Source: an uncultured Rhodospirillaceae bacterium (GTDB lineage Bacteria > Pseudomonadota > Alphaproteobacteria > Rhodospirillales > Defluviicoccaceae). From it: a stretch of DNA of 64,000 nucleotides. The stretch's first letter is position 1, and every line of letters starts with the position of its first letter. Below are positions 20,266 through 29,344 of the stretch, piece after piece. The notes under the pieces are model-generated. The model was not told where the DNA came from. It saw only the letters and a list, made by a program, of their open reading frames with translations, and did no database searches. Location: assembly GCA_964517265.1 (NCBI GenBank), contig CAZFBS010000003.1, forward strand, positions 71,500-135,499. The letters run 5' to 3'. Position numbers and translations under genes: made by a program.

Positions 20266-20823
20266 ATGGCGATATTGAAGATTGCCCGCATGGGCCATCC
20301 GGTCCTTCTGCGGCGCGCGGACACTGTGGTCGATCCTGGTGCGCCCGATTTCGCACGGCTGGTGGCCGACATGATCGAAACCATGCACGACGCACCGGGT
20401 GTCGGTCTTGCAGCACCGCAGGTGCACGTCTCCCTGCGCGTGGTGGTGTTTCGGGTGCCGAAGGAGCGGGCGGACGATCCGGAGGCACCGGTGGGTTCGG
20501 CCCGCGGTCCGGTTCCGCTTACGGTTCTGATCAATCCGCATATCGAAGCTCTTGATGCGGAATGCGAGGCAGGGTGGGAACAATGTCTGTCGGTGCCTGG
20601 ATTGGTAGGTCTGGTCATGCGGCCGCGCCGGATTCGCTATACGGGAAAAACTTTGAGCGGCGAGGTCGTGTCGCGCTTAGCGGACGGGTTTCATGCGCGT
20701 GTGGTCCAGCACGAATGCGACCATCTGGAGGGCATTCTCTATCCAAGGCGGATGACGGATCTTTCCCGGCTTGGCTTTGTTGAAGAGATCAGGAAGGGCG
20801 AGCTTGCCGGGCCCGAAGCGTAA
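20266..20823 (+). CDS. def: peptide deformylase
   Basis: The three deformylase motifs are present: GVGLAAPQ, EQCLSVPG and QHECDHLEG. Confidence 0.9.
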   Translation: MAILKIARMGHPVLLRRADTVVDPGAPDFARLVADMIETMHDAPGVGLAAPQVHVSLRVVVFRVPKERADDPEAPVGSARGPVPLTVLINPHIEALDAECEAGWEQCLSVPGLVGLVMRPRRIRYTGKTLSGEVVSRLADGFHARVVQHECDHLEGILYPRRMTDLSRLGFVEEIRKGELAGPEA

Positions 20824-20855
20824 GCACAACCCCAAATGGAAGGCGTGGTGAACCG

Positions 20856-21521
20856 ATGAACAACGAATATCAGGAAGCGCGCGAAAAGATTCTGCGTGCA
20901 ACGTTGCCGAACGTTGCCTTCGACGGATGGGTCGAACGAACCTTGAAGATGGGTGCTGAGAGCGCCGGATATCCGGCTGACATGGCATTGCGTGTCTTTC
21001 CGGGTGGGGCGAGGGAAGCGATCCGCTTCTGGTCGGATCGTGACGATCGCTGGATGCTCACGGAGATGGCCAAGGAAGACCTCGCGGCGATGCCGTTTCG
21101 CGAGCATCTTGCCAAGGCGATCCGCCTTAGGATCGAGGTGAACGCACCCTATCGTGAAGCGGTGCGCCGGACCATGTCGTTTCTGGCGCTTCCTCAGAAT
21201 TACGCGACCGCCACTCGCAACACCTTCGAGACCGTCAGCGCGATCTGGTATGCGGTGGGCGATACCTCCACCGACTTCAATTTTTACACCAAGCGGTTGA
21301 CGCTGGCGCCAATCTATGTGGCGACGGTTCTCTACTGGATCGACGACACTTCCGAGGGAAGCACGGAAACGTGGGCCTTCCTCGACCGACGGCTCGAGGG
21401 CACGATATTCATTCCGCGTCTCCAGGCCCGGATTGGAGAGGCACTGGGGTCGCTGACATCGCCGTTTTCCTCGCGATCGCGGTGGAGCCGGCGGCGGGTT
21501 TCCCGCAGGCATCCGGTGTGA
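20856..21521 (+). CDS. COQ9-family protein (rpsU-divergently-transcribed protein family)
   Basis: 221-aa protein with the helical COQ9-like pattern (REKILRATLPNVAFDGW...DTSTDFNFYTKRLTLAPIY). It lies divergent from rpsU, as the family name implies. Confidence 0.8.
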   Translation: MNNEYQEAREKILRATLPNVAFDGWVERTLKMGAESAGYPADMALRVFPGGAREAIRFWSDRDDRWMLTEMAKEDLAAMPFREHLAKAIRLRIEVNAPYREAVRRTMSFLALPQNYATATRNTFETVSAIWYAVGDTSTDFNFYTKRLTLAPIYVATVLYWIDDTSEGSTETWAFLDRRLEGTIFIPRLQARIGEALGSLTSPFSSRSRWSRRRVSRRHPV

Positions 21522-21579
21522 CGGGTTTGACTGTTCGCCTCAGGCGCCGCCGTACCGACGACGGTGCCTGAGGGACGGT

Positions 21580-21747
21580 TCACATCATCAGTCTTCTCAG
21601 GATAATCCCCAGGATTCCAATTGCGGCGCCAACCACCATCATCATCCGGAAGAACAGCCGGACCACGACTTCCGAGTCGTCCGACCTGGAATAGAGAAAC
21701 CAGGATCCGGCAAATACGAGAACGGCCAGCAAAGAGACAAGATCCAT
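21580..21747 (-). CDS. hypothetical small membrane protein (55 aa)
   Basis: Hand-translated ATG ORF, below the ORF-track cutoff: MDLVSLLAVLVFAGSWFLYSRSDDSEVVVRLFFRMMMVVGAAIGILGIILRRLMM. It shows two hydrophobic segments. No homology is recalled. Confidence 0.3.
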   Translation of the reverse strand: MDLVSLLAVLVFAGSWFLYSRSDDSEVVVRLFFRMMMVVGAAIGILGIILRRLMM

Positions 21748-21785
21748 CGCGGGCGATTTGCTTCAGCGGCTCGCCGTGAAACTCT

Positions 21786-22334
21786 TCAGGCGCCGCCGCA
21801 AAGGCGTTTCCGGAAGGCAGTCAACCATCCCAGTCGCTGTTCAAGCAGACTGATGTCATGATCCAGCCAAACGGTCAGATAGCCTTCATCTGCGGCATGA
21901 TGGAGCCGCAAATGTTCAAGGCGTGCCAGCTCCTGCTCACAGACGTCGACAAGCAGATCGGCCTGAAGGCACTGCTCGCTTGCCGGAAGCAAATGGAGAA
22001 ATCGAAACTTCAGGGCAATCACCAGCTTGTTCAGGGCAGTATCGGCAGCGCGCAGGTTCGCGGTCAGCAGCGTGCGCATTTCCAGCCGGCCCTTATCCGT
22101 AAGTTGGAGAAGGGTTTCCGCGCCGGCACCATCCCCGGCCGCAGCGACGAGGTCTTCATACCGCAGTAATTCGATCGAGTGGCCCATGATTTCCGGGGAG
22201 GGGCCGATGACGCTGCCGATGAAGTGGCGAATGGCCGTGGCAAGTTCGCTGTAGGACATCGGCCCCAGAGCAAGAGTGCCCAATGCTGCCAGCCTGGTTG
22301 CTTCCTTCGGTGTCAGGGTGCGGTCGGCGAACAT
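21786..22334 (-). CDS. hypothetical protein (possible winged-helix/PadR-like N-terminus)
   Basis: 182-aa ORF with good GC3 bias, immediately downstream of hemA on the same strand. The N-terminal LAALGTLALGPMSYSELATAI resembles PadR-type wHTH. No firm family call. Confidence 0.5.
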   Translation of the reverse strand: MFADRTLTPKEATRLAALGTLALGPMSYSELATAIRHFIGSVIGPSPEIMGHSIELLRYEDLVAAAGDGAGAETLLQLTDKGRLEMRTLLTANLRAADTALNKLVIALKFRFLHLLPASEQCLQADLLVDVCEQELARLEHLRLHHAADEGYLTVWLDHDISLLEQRLGWLTAFRKRLCGGA

Positions 22335-22524
22335 GGAATCGTCATCCTTTCGCCTGATGGACTGACAGCATCATGCCTGAACCCTGAGGGCGCGTCCATG
22401 CTTCCGCGACACTGTGGGCGTCTGCGGGCTTGTGCCCGCAACAAAGCTCGGTGACATGGTTCACGGACCCAAGGCGGCCGCGGCACTCCTCCCATCGGCG
22501 AAGCGATCTGCCGCGAAGGGGGTG

Positions 22525-23736
22525 TCAGGCCGCCAGGCGCAGATGAAGCCTTTGCCAGACATCCTGCATCGCCGCCACCAGTCGTTCGATCTCGATATCG
22601 TCGTGCAGCGGCGTGGGCGTAAAGCGAAGCCGTTCGGTACCGCGCGCCACCGTCGGATAGTTGATCGGCTGTACATAGATGGCGTGTTCGCTCAACAGCA
22701 GATCGGTCGCCTGCTTGCACAGCACGGGATCGCCAACGAGCACCGGAACGATGTGAGACTGCGACGGCATCACTGGAAAGCCGGCCTGTCGCAACCGGCG
22801 TTTCAGCGTCGCCGCCCGCTCCTGGTGACGATCGCGAATTTCGTTGTGCTGCTTGAGGTACCTAACGCTGGCCAGCGCTCCGGCTGCCACCGAAGGCGGC
22901 ATCGCCGAGGAGAATATGAATCCGTTGCCGTAGGAGCGGACGAAGTCGCACATGGATGTCGATCCGGCGATGTATCCGCCTACGACGCCGAACGCCTTTG
23001 CCAAGGTCCCCTGGATGATGGTCAATCGGTCCATCACTCCGTCACGCTCGGCAACGCCGGCGCCGCGCACTCCGTACAGCCCGACAGCGTGAACTTCGTC
23101 AAGAAATGTCATCGCTCCCCAGCGGTCAGCGACATCGCAGATCTCTTTGATCGGCGCAATGTCTCCATCCATCGAGTACACCGATTCGAACGCGACCAGC
23201 TTCGGCCGATCGGCCGGATACTCGGCAAGAATCCGGCCAAGGTGGGCGGCGTCATTATGACGGAACAGGCGCTTCTCGGCGCGCGAGTGGATAATACCTT
23301 CAATCATCGAGTTGTGATTGCTTTCGTCGGAGAGGACGAGGCAATCGGGAACCAAACGGCAGATCGTGCACAACGCCGTCATGTTGGCGATCCATCCCGA
23401 TCCGAAGATCAACGCCGCTTCGGTTCGATGGAGGTCGGCAAGCTCGCGCTCGAGCAGGACATGATAATGATTGGTTCCCGAGATGTTGCGGGTTCCGCCC
23501 GCGCCGGCCCCGCACCGGTCGATTGCAGTATGCATCGCTTCGAGAACCTCGGGGTGCTGACCCATCCCGAGATAATCGTTCGAGCACCACACGGTGATTT
23601 CCCGCTCGCCCTCCCCGTCGTGAACGAACGCTTTGGGGAACCGCCCAGCTTGCCGCTCGAGGTCCGCGAACACCCGGTAGCGGCCCTCCCTTTTCAGCAT
23701 CGAAACCTTGTCAGCGAAGAATTGCTCATAATCCAT
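22525..23736 (-). CDS. hemA: 5-aminolevulinate synthase
   Basis: MDYEQFF...REGRYRVFADLER...WCSNDYLGMGQHP...GGTRNISGT and the SVYSMDGD PLP-lysine region are classic ALAS features. Confidence 0.95.
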   Translation of the reverse strand: MDYEQFFADKVSMLKREGRYRVFADLERQAGRFPKAFVHDGEGEREITVWCSNDYLGMGQHPEVLEAMHTAIDRCGAGAGGTRNISGTNHYHVLLERELADLHRTEAALIFGSGWIANMTALCTICRLVPDCLVLSDESNHNSMIEGIIHSRAEKRLFRHNDAAHLGRILAEYPADRPKLVAFESVYSMDGDIAPIKEICDVADRWGAMTFLDEVHAVGLYGVRGAGVAERDGVMDRLTIIQGTLAKAFGVVGGYIAGSTSMCDFVRSYGNGFIFSSAMPPSVAAGALASVRYLKQHNEIRDRHQERAATLKRRLRQAGFPVMPSQSHIVPVLVGDPVLCKQATDLLLSEHAIYVQPINYPTVARGTERLRFTPTPLHDDIEIERLVAAMQDVWQRLHLRLAA

Positions 23737-23869
23737 TGAAGTTGTTCTCCCGCTTCACCCTCAAGGAGCGTTTGTTTCACGGCTTCTGGCGACGGTCGTT
23801 CATCCCAGGGTTGCTCCAAATGTAGCCTTCAAGCGGCCGCGAGGCCAGCATTTCGGCACTTTGCGACCA

Positions 23870-25279
23870 TTATTCCCGGCTCAGACCGCTCGTTTCCACC
23901 CACGCCCACGTTTCGTTCAGAGCGTGGCCGAAGGCGTCCATCATTTCCTCGATTTCCTCGGCCTTGATGATCAACGGGGGCGAGAAGGCGATGATATCCC
24001 CCGCCAAAGCCCGGACCAGCAGGCCATGAGCTTCGGCACGTTTGACGACTTGGGCGGCAACCAGCGCGGTTGGGTCGAACTGGGTCTTGGTCGTCTTGTC
24101 CTTGACGATTTCCACCCCGGCGATGAGGCCAATCCCGCGCACCTCACCCACCAGCGGATGGTCGGCGAAGCGACGCAGCCCCTCCTGCAAAACCGGCGCG
24201 ACGGCGCGCACATGATTGACGATATCCACCTCGTCGTAGATCTTGAGCGTTTCAACCGCAATCGACGTCGCAACCGGGTGGCCCGAATAAGTAAAGCCAT
24301 GACCGAACACCCCGATCTTGTCGCTCTGGGCGAGCATCGCTTGCCAGATGGGCTCGGAGATCATCACAGCCGAGAGCGGCACATAACCCGAGGTCAGGGC
24401 CTTGGCGCACGTCAGGATGTCAGGCGTGATGCCGAACGTTTGTGATCCCCAGTAATGGCCGGTCCGGCCAAAGCCGCAAATGACCTCGTCAGCCACCAGG
24501 AGGACGTCGTAACGCTTCAAAACCTGCTGGATTTTAGGGAAGTAGCTTTCCGGCGGAACGATGACGCCGCCTGCGCCCATGACAGGCTCGGCGAACATTG
24601 CCGCAACCGTGTCCGGCCCCTCCGAAAGAATTCGTGCTTCGAGGGACTCAGCGAGGCGGCTGGCAAATGCCTGCTCATCTTCACCGGGGTGCGCATACCG
24701 GTAATGGTGCGGGCAATCGACATGCGAAATTCCGGCAATCGGAAGATCGAAGTCGCGATGGTTGGCCAGGAGTCCGGTCAGGCTGGCGGTCGCGACCGTC
24801 ACGCCGTGGTAGCCACGCAGGCGCGAGAAAATCTTCTTCTTATGAGGACGGCCGATTGCATTGTTGTAGTACCAGATAAGCTTGATGGCGGTGTCATTGG
24901 CTTCCGAGCCGGAGTTGGCGAAGAAAACCTTCGACATCGGCGCGGGGGCACGTTCGATGAGAGCCTCGGCAAGATTGATCGTGGGAACCACCGCCCTGCC
25001 GCCGAACCCGTGATAGCTCGACAATTCCCGCACCGCTCGCTCGGCGGCACGGACGAGACGGGGTTCCGACCAACCAAGCGAGGTGCACCACAACCCGGCC
25101 ATCCCTTCAATGTACCCGTTGCCGGTGTCGTCGAAGACGCGCACGCCTTCGCCCCGGACGATCACCAGGGGACCTGTGTCGAGATGCCGGCGCAAATGGG
25201 TATAGGGATGGACACTGTAGGCGGTATCGCGTGCCGCCAAGGAATTGGGGCGGGTTTCAGACCGGGCCGATGAGTTCAT
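23870..25279 (-). CDS. class III (omega) aminotransferase
   Basis: FFANSGSEANDTAIK, DEVICGFGRTG and a SAVM.. region match omega-amino acid:pyruvate transaminases. ATG at 25279 has an upstream GGAG; 25309 is an alternative. Confidence 0.85.
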   Translation of the reverse strand: MNSSARSETRPNSLAARDTAYSVHPYTHLRRHLDTGPLVIVRGEGVRVFDDTGNGYIEGMAGLWCTSLGWSEPRLVRAAERAVRELSSYHGFGGRAVVPTINLAEALIERAPAPMSKVFFANSGSEANDTAIKLIWYYNNAIGRPHKKKIFSRLRGYHGVTVATASLTGLLANHRDFDLPIAGISHVDCPHHYRYAHPGEDEQAFASRLAESLEARILSEGPDTVAAMFAEPVMGAGGVIVPPESYFPKIQQVLKRYDVLLVADEVICGFGRTGHYWGSQTFGITPDILTCAKALTSGYVPLSAVMISEPIWQAMLAQSDKIGVFGHGFTYSGHPVATSIAVETLKIYDEVDIVNHVRAVAPVLQEGLRRFADHPLVGEVRGIGLIAGVEIVKDKTTKTQFDPTALVAAQVVKRAEAHGLLVRALAGDIIAFSPPLIIKAEEIEEMMDAFGHALNETWAWVETSGLSRE

Positions 25280-25535
25280 GATTTGCTTGCTCCGAGAGAA
25301 GGACGTCACCGCCTCACCATTCGATGTTCATTCGCTTGCCATTGCTTGGCGCCCGCGACATCGCGAACCGTCTCGCTCCGCGATCGCCGGCTGACCATGA
25401 GCGCGGCCGGCCACCGACCGGCCGATCGCGTTGTGGCAGGCACAGCCCGACCCGTTCGGATACCGCGGCGAGCGCGGCAGGACTGCTGGAAGCACCCCAA
25501 CACGCCTCGCGCCAAGCGCTTCTTTCAAACGAGAT

Positions 25536-25910
25536 TTAGCCGGCGGAGGCGGCGCTGCGTTTCAGCGGTCCCGACTCGGCACCCGCCACCGTTTTGCCGT
25601 GGAGGTCGACCGCGTCCGACCCGCAATACAGGCGGTAGAGAGTCGCGATGACCGCTCGCGCCTCTAGGCCCGCAAGGGAATAATAAATGGTTTGCGCCAC
25701 CCGCCGGGTTGCTACCATGTCGTCCCGCCGGAGCCGGGCCAAGTGCTGAGAGAGTGCCGACTGGCTGAGGCCGATGAGGCGTTCCAGCTCACCGACACAT
25801 TTTTCTCCCTCGGCCAACCGGCAGAGAATCATCAGCCGATGCGGGTTTCCCATCGCTTTCAGCAACGCACTTGCGCGACGAGCTCGCCCCTCCATCGCGT
25901 CGAGATCCAT
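25536..25910 (-). CDS. ArsR/SmtB-family transcriptional regulator
   Basis: LLKAMGNPHRLMILCRLAEGEKCVGEL...LSQSALSQHLARLR wHTH signature. Cysteines at about positions 38 and 96. Confidence 0.85.
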   Translation of the reverse strand: MDLDAMEGRARRASALLKAMGNPHRLMILCRLAEGEKCVGELERLIGLSQSALSQHLARLRRDDMVATRRVAQTIYYSLAGLEARAVIATLYRLYCGSDAVDLHGKTVAGAESGPLKRSAASAG

Positions 25911-26200
25911 CGTCTACCCTAAGCTGCCTGTTCCCTGTCGTGCCTGAATTCAGGACCGGTGCCTCCCCGCGACCCCCCCTGTTCAGACGATCCCCCTTCC
26001 GTGAGCGGGATGTATTCAAGGCGGCTAACATATCCAATTGCCGATCGTTGCACCAGGGGGAAATTCCCTTCAATTATCAAGGGATACATGTAAAATAAAT
26101 GTGTGTTCAAGGCTGTGCGGAGTGTTTGCATGCTCCTGTCTGCGACGCTCCGTTGCGACGATTGGACGCTGATAAGGCCCGGAGCTTGAGGGGGCACTCG

Positions 26201-26428
26201 ATGAGCAACCATACGCTTGACGCCCGCGGCCTTCTTTGTCCGCTTCCGGTTCTCCGTGCCAACAAGCTGCTACGCACTCTCGCGAGCGGCGATGCCCTGC
26301 AGATCGTTGCGACAGATCCTTCGGCGCCTGCAGATTTCAAATCGTTCTGCGAGACGGCGGGTCATGATCTTCTTGACAGTCACGAGGAGGAAGGCGTGTT
26401 CGTCATCACGTTGCGCAAGGGCAAATAA
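26201..26428 (+). CDS. tusA: TusA/SirA-family sulfurtransferase
   Basis: 75 aa. DARGLLCPLPVLR contains the conserved CPxP active-site cysteine. ATG at 26201. Confidence 0.85.
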   Translation: MSNHTLDARGLLCPLPVLRANKLLRTLASGDALQIVATDPSAPADFKSFCETAGHDLLDSHEEEGVFVITLRKGK

Positions 26429-26474
26429 TTCAGCTTACAAGACCACCACGGGGATCTCCGAGAACGGTCTCGCC

Positions 26475-27416
26475 TCATACCACCAGCACCGGGTTGATCG
26501 ATTCCCGGATAAGCGCAAGCGTCCATTGGTAATCCCGGGATGCGCAGTCGCTGCCGCAACCGATAATCAGCAAGCACGGCTCGGCATTCGCAAACTCGGC
26601 AGTCGTCGGGACGGCGGGACCCTGTCGAACCGATACGCGACAATCGATGTTCGCTTCCGCTGCCCGGCTCTGCATCGCCGCCACGAATCCGGCCATGTCC
26701 GAGCGCCCGAGTCCGGCGAGGGTAGCATCGTCGATGTCCCTGGCCTGGAACGACTGCCCGAGCAGATGCCGCACCGCATCCAGCATCTCCTCGTCGACAA
26801 CAGCGAGCAGATGGATCATACCGCCTTCCGGAACCAGCTTGAGTGCCCAGGCCACCGCGTCGACGCTCTGCGCCGACACAAGGTTGAGTGGCAGCACGAT
26901 ATTCTCCAGGCGATCTCGCACACTCTCGGCGGGCTTGCGCACGATGAGCATCGGCGCTGCCCGCTGGTGCAGCAGCACATCGGTCGTGGTACCGACGCTG
27001 GCACGGCCCAGATCCTGAAAGTCCTCCAGATAGGGTGAGGACAGCACGAGAAGCCCGCACGCACGTGCCTTCGCCAGCGTCAAGATCTGCTGGAATGCCC
27101 TGCCGCCGCTTTCGATGCGAGCATGCGCCGTCTCGATCCCGCCGCTGGCGAGTGCCGCGGCTTGTTCGGCAAGATAACGGTCCTTCTCCGCATCAATGAT
27201 CGGCTGTTCATAGGCGTATGTCAGAAGAACCGGGCAGCCAAGCCGCGTAATGACCGCGCGGCTGAGGTTGAGAACAGCGCGGTCCTGATTCGATCCATCG
27301 AGTGCCAGCAGCACCCGGCGCACGTCGAGTTGGGGCACGTCCAGCTGGGTAGCCGTCACCGCGGCCTCAAACCGGCTCATCGTCGCATCGATGTCGCGGT
27401 TGCTGAAATCGGTCAT
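26475..27416 (-). CDS. tandem-domain universal stress protein
   Basis: Two USP-like halves (VLLALDGS...GLLVLSS...APMLIV and IVLPLN...LLIIGCG...NPVLVV). It lies 17 nt downstream of the permease gene on the same strand. Confidence 0.75.
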   Translation of the reverse strand: MTDFSNRDIDATMSRFEAAVTATQLDVPQLDVRRVLLALDGSNQDRAVLNLSRAVITRLGCPVLLTYAYEQPIIDAEKDRYLAEQAAALASGGIETAHARIESGGRAFQQILTLAKARACGLLVLSSPYLEDFQDLGRASVGTTTDVLLHQRAAPMLIVRKPAESVRDRLENIVLPLNLVSAQSVDAVAWALKLVPEGGMIHLLAVVDEEMLDAVRHLLGQSFQARDIDDATLAGLGRSDMAGFVAAMQSRAAEANIDCRVSVRQGPAVPTTAEFANAEPCLLIIGCGSDCASRDYQWTLALIRESINPVLVV

Positions 27417-27432
27417 GATCAATTTCGCGCCG

Positions 27433-28833
27433 TCAGAGGGTTGGGAAAAGGTCGAACGCCCGATAGAACAGAATGTAGCCGATCACCAGCACGATCTGGA
27501 GCCCAGCTACCGAGCCGCCGACCTTGAGATACTCGCCCCACCCGATCCGGATGCCGCGCTCGCGTTCCAGTGCGTGCAGCGCGATGACCGCGGCAATACT
27601 GCCCACCGGCGTCGGATTGCCGCCGAGATTGCAAGCGGAGATCAATGCCCACCAAAGCGGTTCGGGATCGAGCCCCTTCGCAATCATGGTCTGGATCACC
27701 GGTATCATGGTTGCGGCGACCGGGATGTTGTCCACGATCGCAGCGGTCACGAATACGAAGGGCACGAGGATGAGTATAACCAAAACCATATTGGTACCGG
27801 TGATGGCAAAAATCTGGTTTGCCATCAACGTGAGCAGCCCCGTTTGACCGACGGTTCCGATCAAAACAAAGAGGCCGACAAAGAACAGGATGATGGGCCA
27901 CTTTACCTTTCGAATGGCCTCGTCGGGATCGAAGCCGGAAAACAGCAAAACTCCGGTCGCGCCGCAGATCGCGATGAAGTCGAGCCCGACGCCCACTTGC
28001 TGAGCGAGTGCGAAGCCCACAACGGTCAGCAACAGGATCACCGTGCAGCGGATGAAAATCCTCCGGTCTTTGACCAGCGCCCACTCATTGAAACCTGCAA
28101 CTTTGCTGCGGCGGGCGGCTGGATCGTCGCCGACGGAGGGAGCGGCAAGACGGCCGCGGTAGAAGGCTTGAATGATGAAGAAGGCAAGCACCGCCGAGAG
28201 GATGGCGAGCGGCATCGACACGATCAGGAAGTGAACGTAAGGAATGCCCGCGCTCGTGCCGATCATCAAGGTCGGAATGCCGGACGCGAACGTCATGAGG
28301 GCGCCGGAATTGGCACCGATCGCAACGGCGATAATGTACGGCACCGGGTCGTCATCGAGGGCGCGAGTGATGACCAGCACCAGCGAACTCATGATCAGCA
28401 CCGCAGGCGCGATGGTGAGAAAGGTTACAAAGCCGACGGTCATCACCATGGTCGCCGGTAGCAGCAGGGCCGGCTGCCCGCGGGTGAGCTTGACCAAGCG
28501 AATCGCAAGAAAGTGAAACAAACCCGAAGCGCCGACGACCTCGACCAGGATGGAGGTGCCGACGATCACGCCGATGACGCTGAGGTCATGGGCGATGAAT
28601 GCATGGACGGCCTCATAGCCGTTCTCGGGTCCGTAGACGCCCAAGGCAAGTGCGAGGCCCACTGCGATCACAGCTCCGAGCAGCGCCGCCAAGCTCTTGT
28701 GCAGCGTCTCGAAGGCGATGAAGCCGAACGTAACAGCAAGGACGAGCCCGATCACCACCATGGGCAGAACCGGATCGATTTCTGCGGCCTCCACAGGAAC
28801 GGCAGCGGCGACAACGGGAATAGAAAGGCTCAT
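27433..28833 (-). CDS. ArsB/NhaD-superfamily (SLC13/citrate-transporter-like) permease
   Basis: About 466 aa, highly hydrophobic, with many TM segments and the internal repeat layout typical of the ArsB/NhaD/CitMHS superfamily. Start trimmed to the ATG at 28833 (MSLSIPVV). Confidence 0.8.
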   Translation of the reverse strand: MSLSIPVVAAAVPVEAAEIDPVLPMVVIGLVLAVTFGFIAFETLHKSLAALLGAVIAVGLALALGVYGPENGYEAVHAFIAHDLSVIGVIVGTSILVEVVGASGLFHFLAIRLVKLTRGQPALLLPATMVMTVGFVTFLTIAPAVLIMSSLVLVITRALDDDPVPYIIAVAIGANSGALMTFASGIPTLMIGTSAGIPYVHFLIVSMPLAILSAVLAFFIIQAFYRGRLAAPSVGDDPAARRSKVAGFNEWALVKDRRIFIRCTVILLLTVVGFALAQQVGVGLDFIAICGATGVLLFSGFDPDEAIRKVKWPIILFFVGLFVLIGTVGQTGLLTLMANQIFAITGTNMVLVILILVPFVFVTAAIVDNIPVAATMIPVIQTMIAKGLDPEPLWWALISACNLGGNPTPVGSIAAVIALHALERERGIRIGWGEYLKVGGSVAGLQIVLVIGYILFYRAFDLFPTL

Positions 28834-29068
28834 CAGCGGGTCCGATGTATGTTTGAGACCATGTTCACGAAGCGCGGCGGTATCCTGACGAAACGAGCTG
28901 GCACGATCACGTTGAGGCAAGCGGCCACGGTTTGATCAGCCGGCGAGCCGGGGTATGACGGCGTACCTTGCAGTGCGAAGCAAGGCAAAGGCCGCGGAGG
29001 TGGAGAAGAATGTCGCCAGCTTCATGGTTTCGGTCAATGCGCTTCTGGCGACCGGCGGCCCGGCTGTC

Positions 29069-29326
29069 CTATTCGCGATTGAGACGCGGGTCGCGCCTCT
29101 TCAAATCGTCGATCCGCTGAGATGCTTCCGCCTTGCTGAGGTTCGCATCGAATTCCTCCCCGGTTTCTGCGCACAGAGTTTTCAGATAGGAGGCCTGGGC
29201 ACCGGTCATCGGCTCGTCTCCTGTCACCCAATCGCGCGGGGCCTTCGCCGTGTTGTTCCCCTGCATGATGTCCGGATCGCGTTTCGAATCAGAACGCTGT
29301 TGCCGGTGTTGGCGCTCGTCAGTCAT
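29069..29326 (-). CDS. DUF3072 domain-containing protein
   Basis: WVTGDEPMTGAQASYLKTLCAETGEEFDANLSKAEASQRIDDL is the DUF3072 signature. The ATG at 29326 has a GGAGGG Shine-Dalgarno. Confidence 0.75.
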   Translation of the reverse strand: MTDERQHRQQRSDSKRDPDIMQGNNTAKAPRDWVTGDEPMTGAQASYLKTLCAETGEEFDANLSKAEASQRIDDLKRRDPRLNRE

Positions 29327-29344
29327 TGATCCCTCCTTCAAGCA

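Noticed and set aside
22414-23739. 441-aa plus-strand ORF
   Set aside because: Antisense to hemA (ALA synthase), which is clearly the real gene.
27391-28461. 356-aa plus-strand ORF rich in His/Asp/Arg/Gly
   Set aside because: Antisense to the ArsB/NhaD-type permease. The translation is low complexity and hydrophilic with no motifs.
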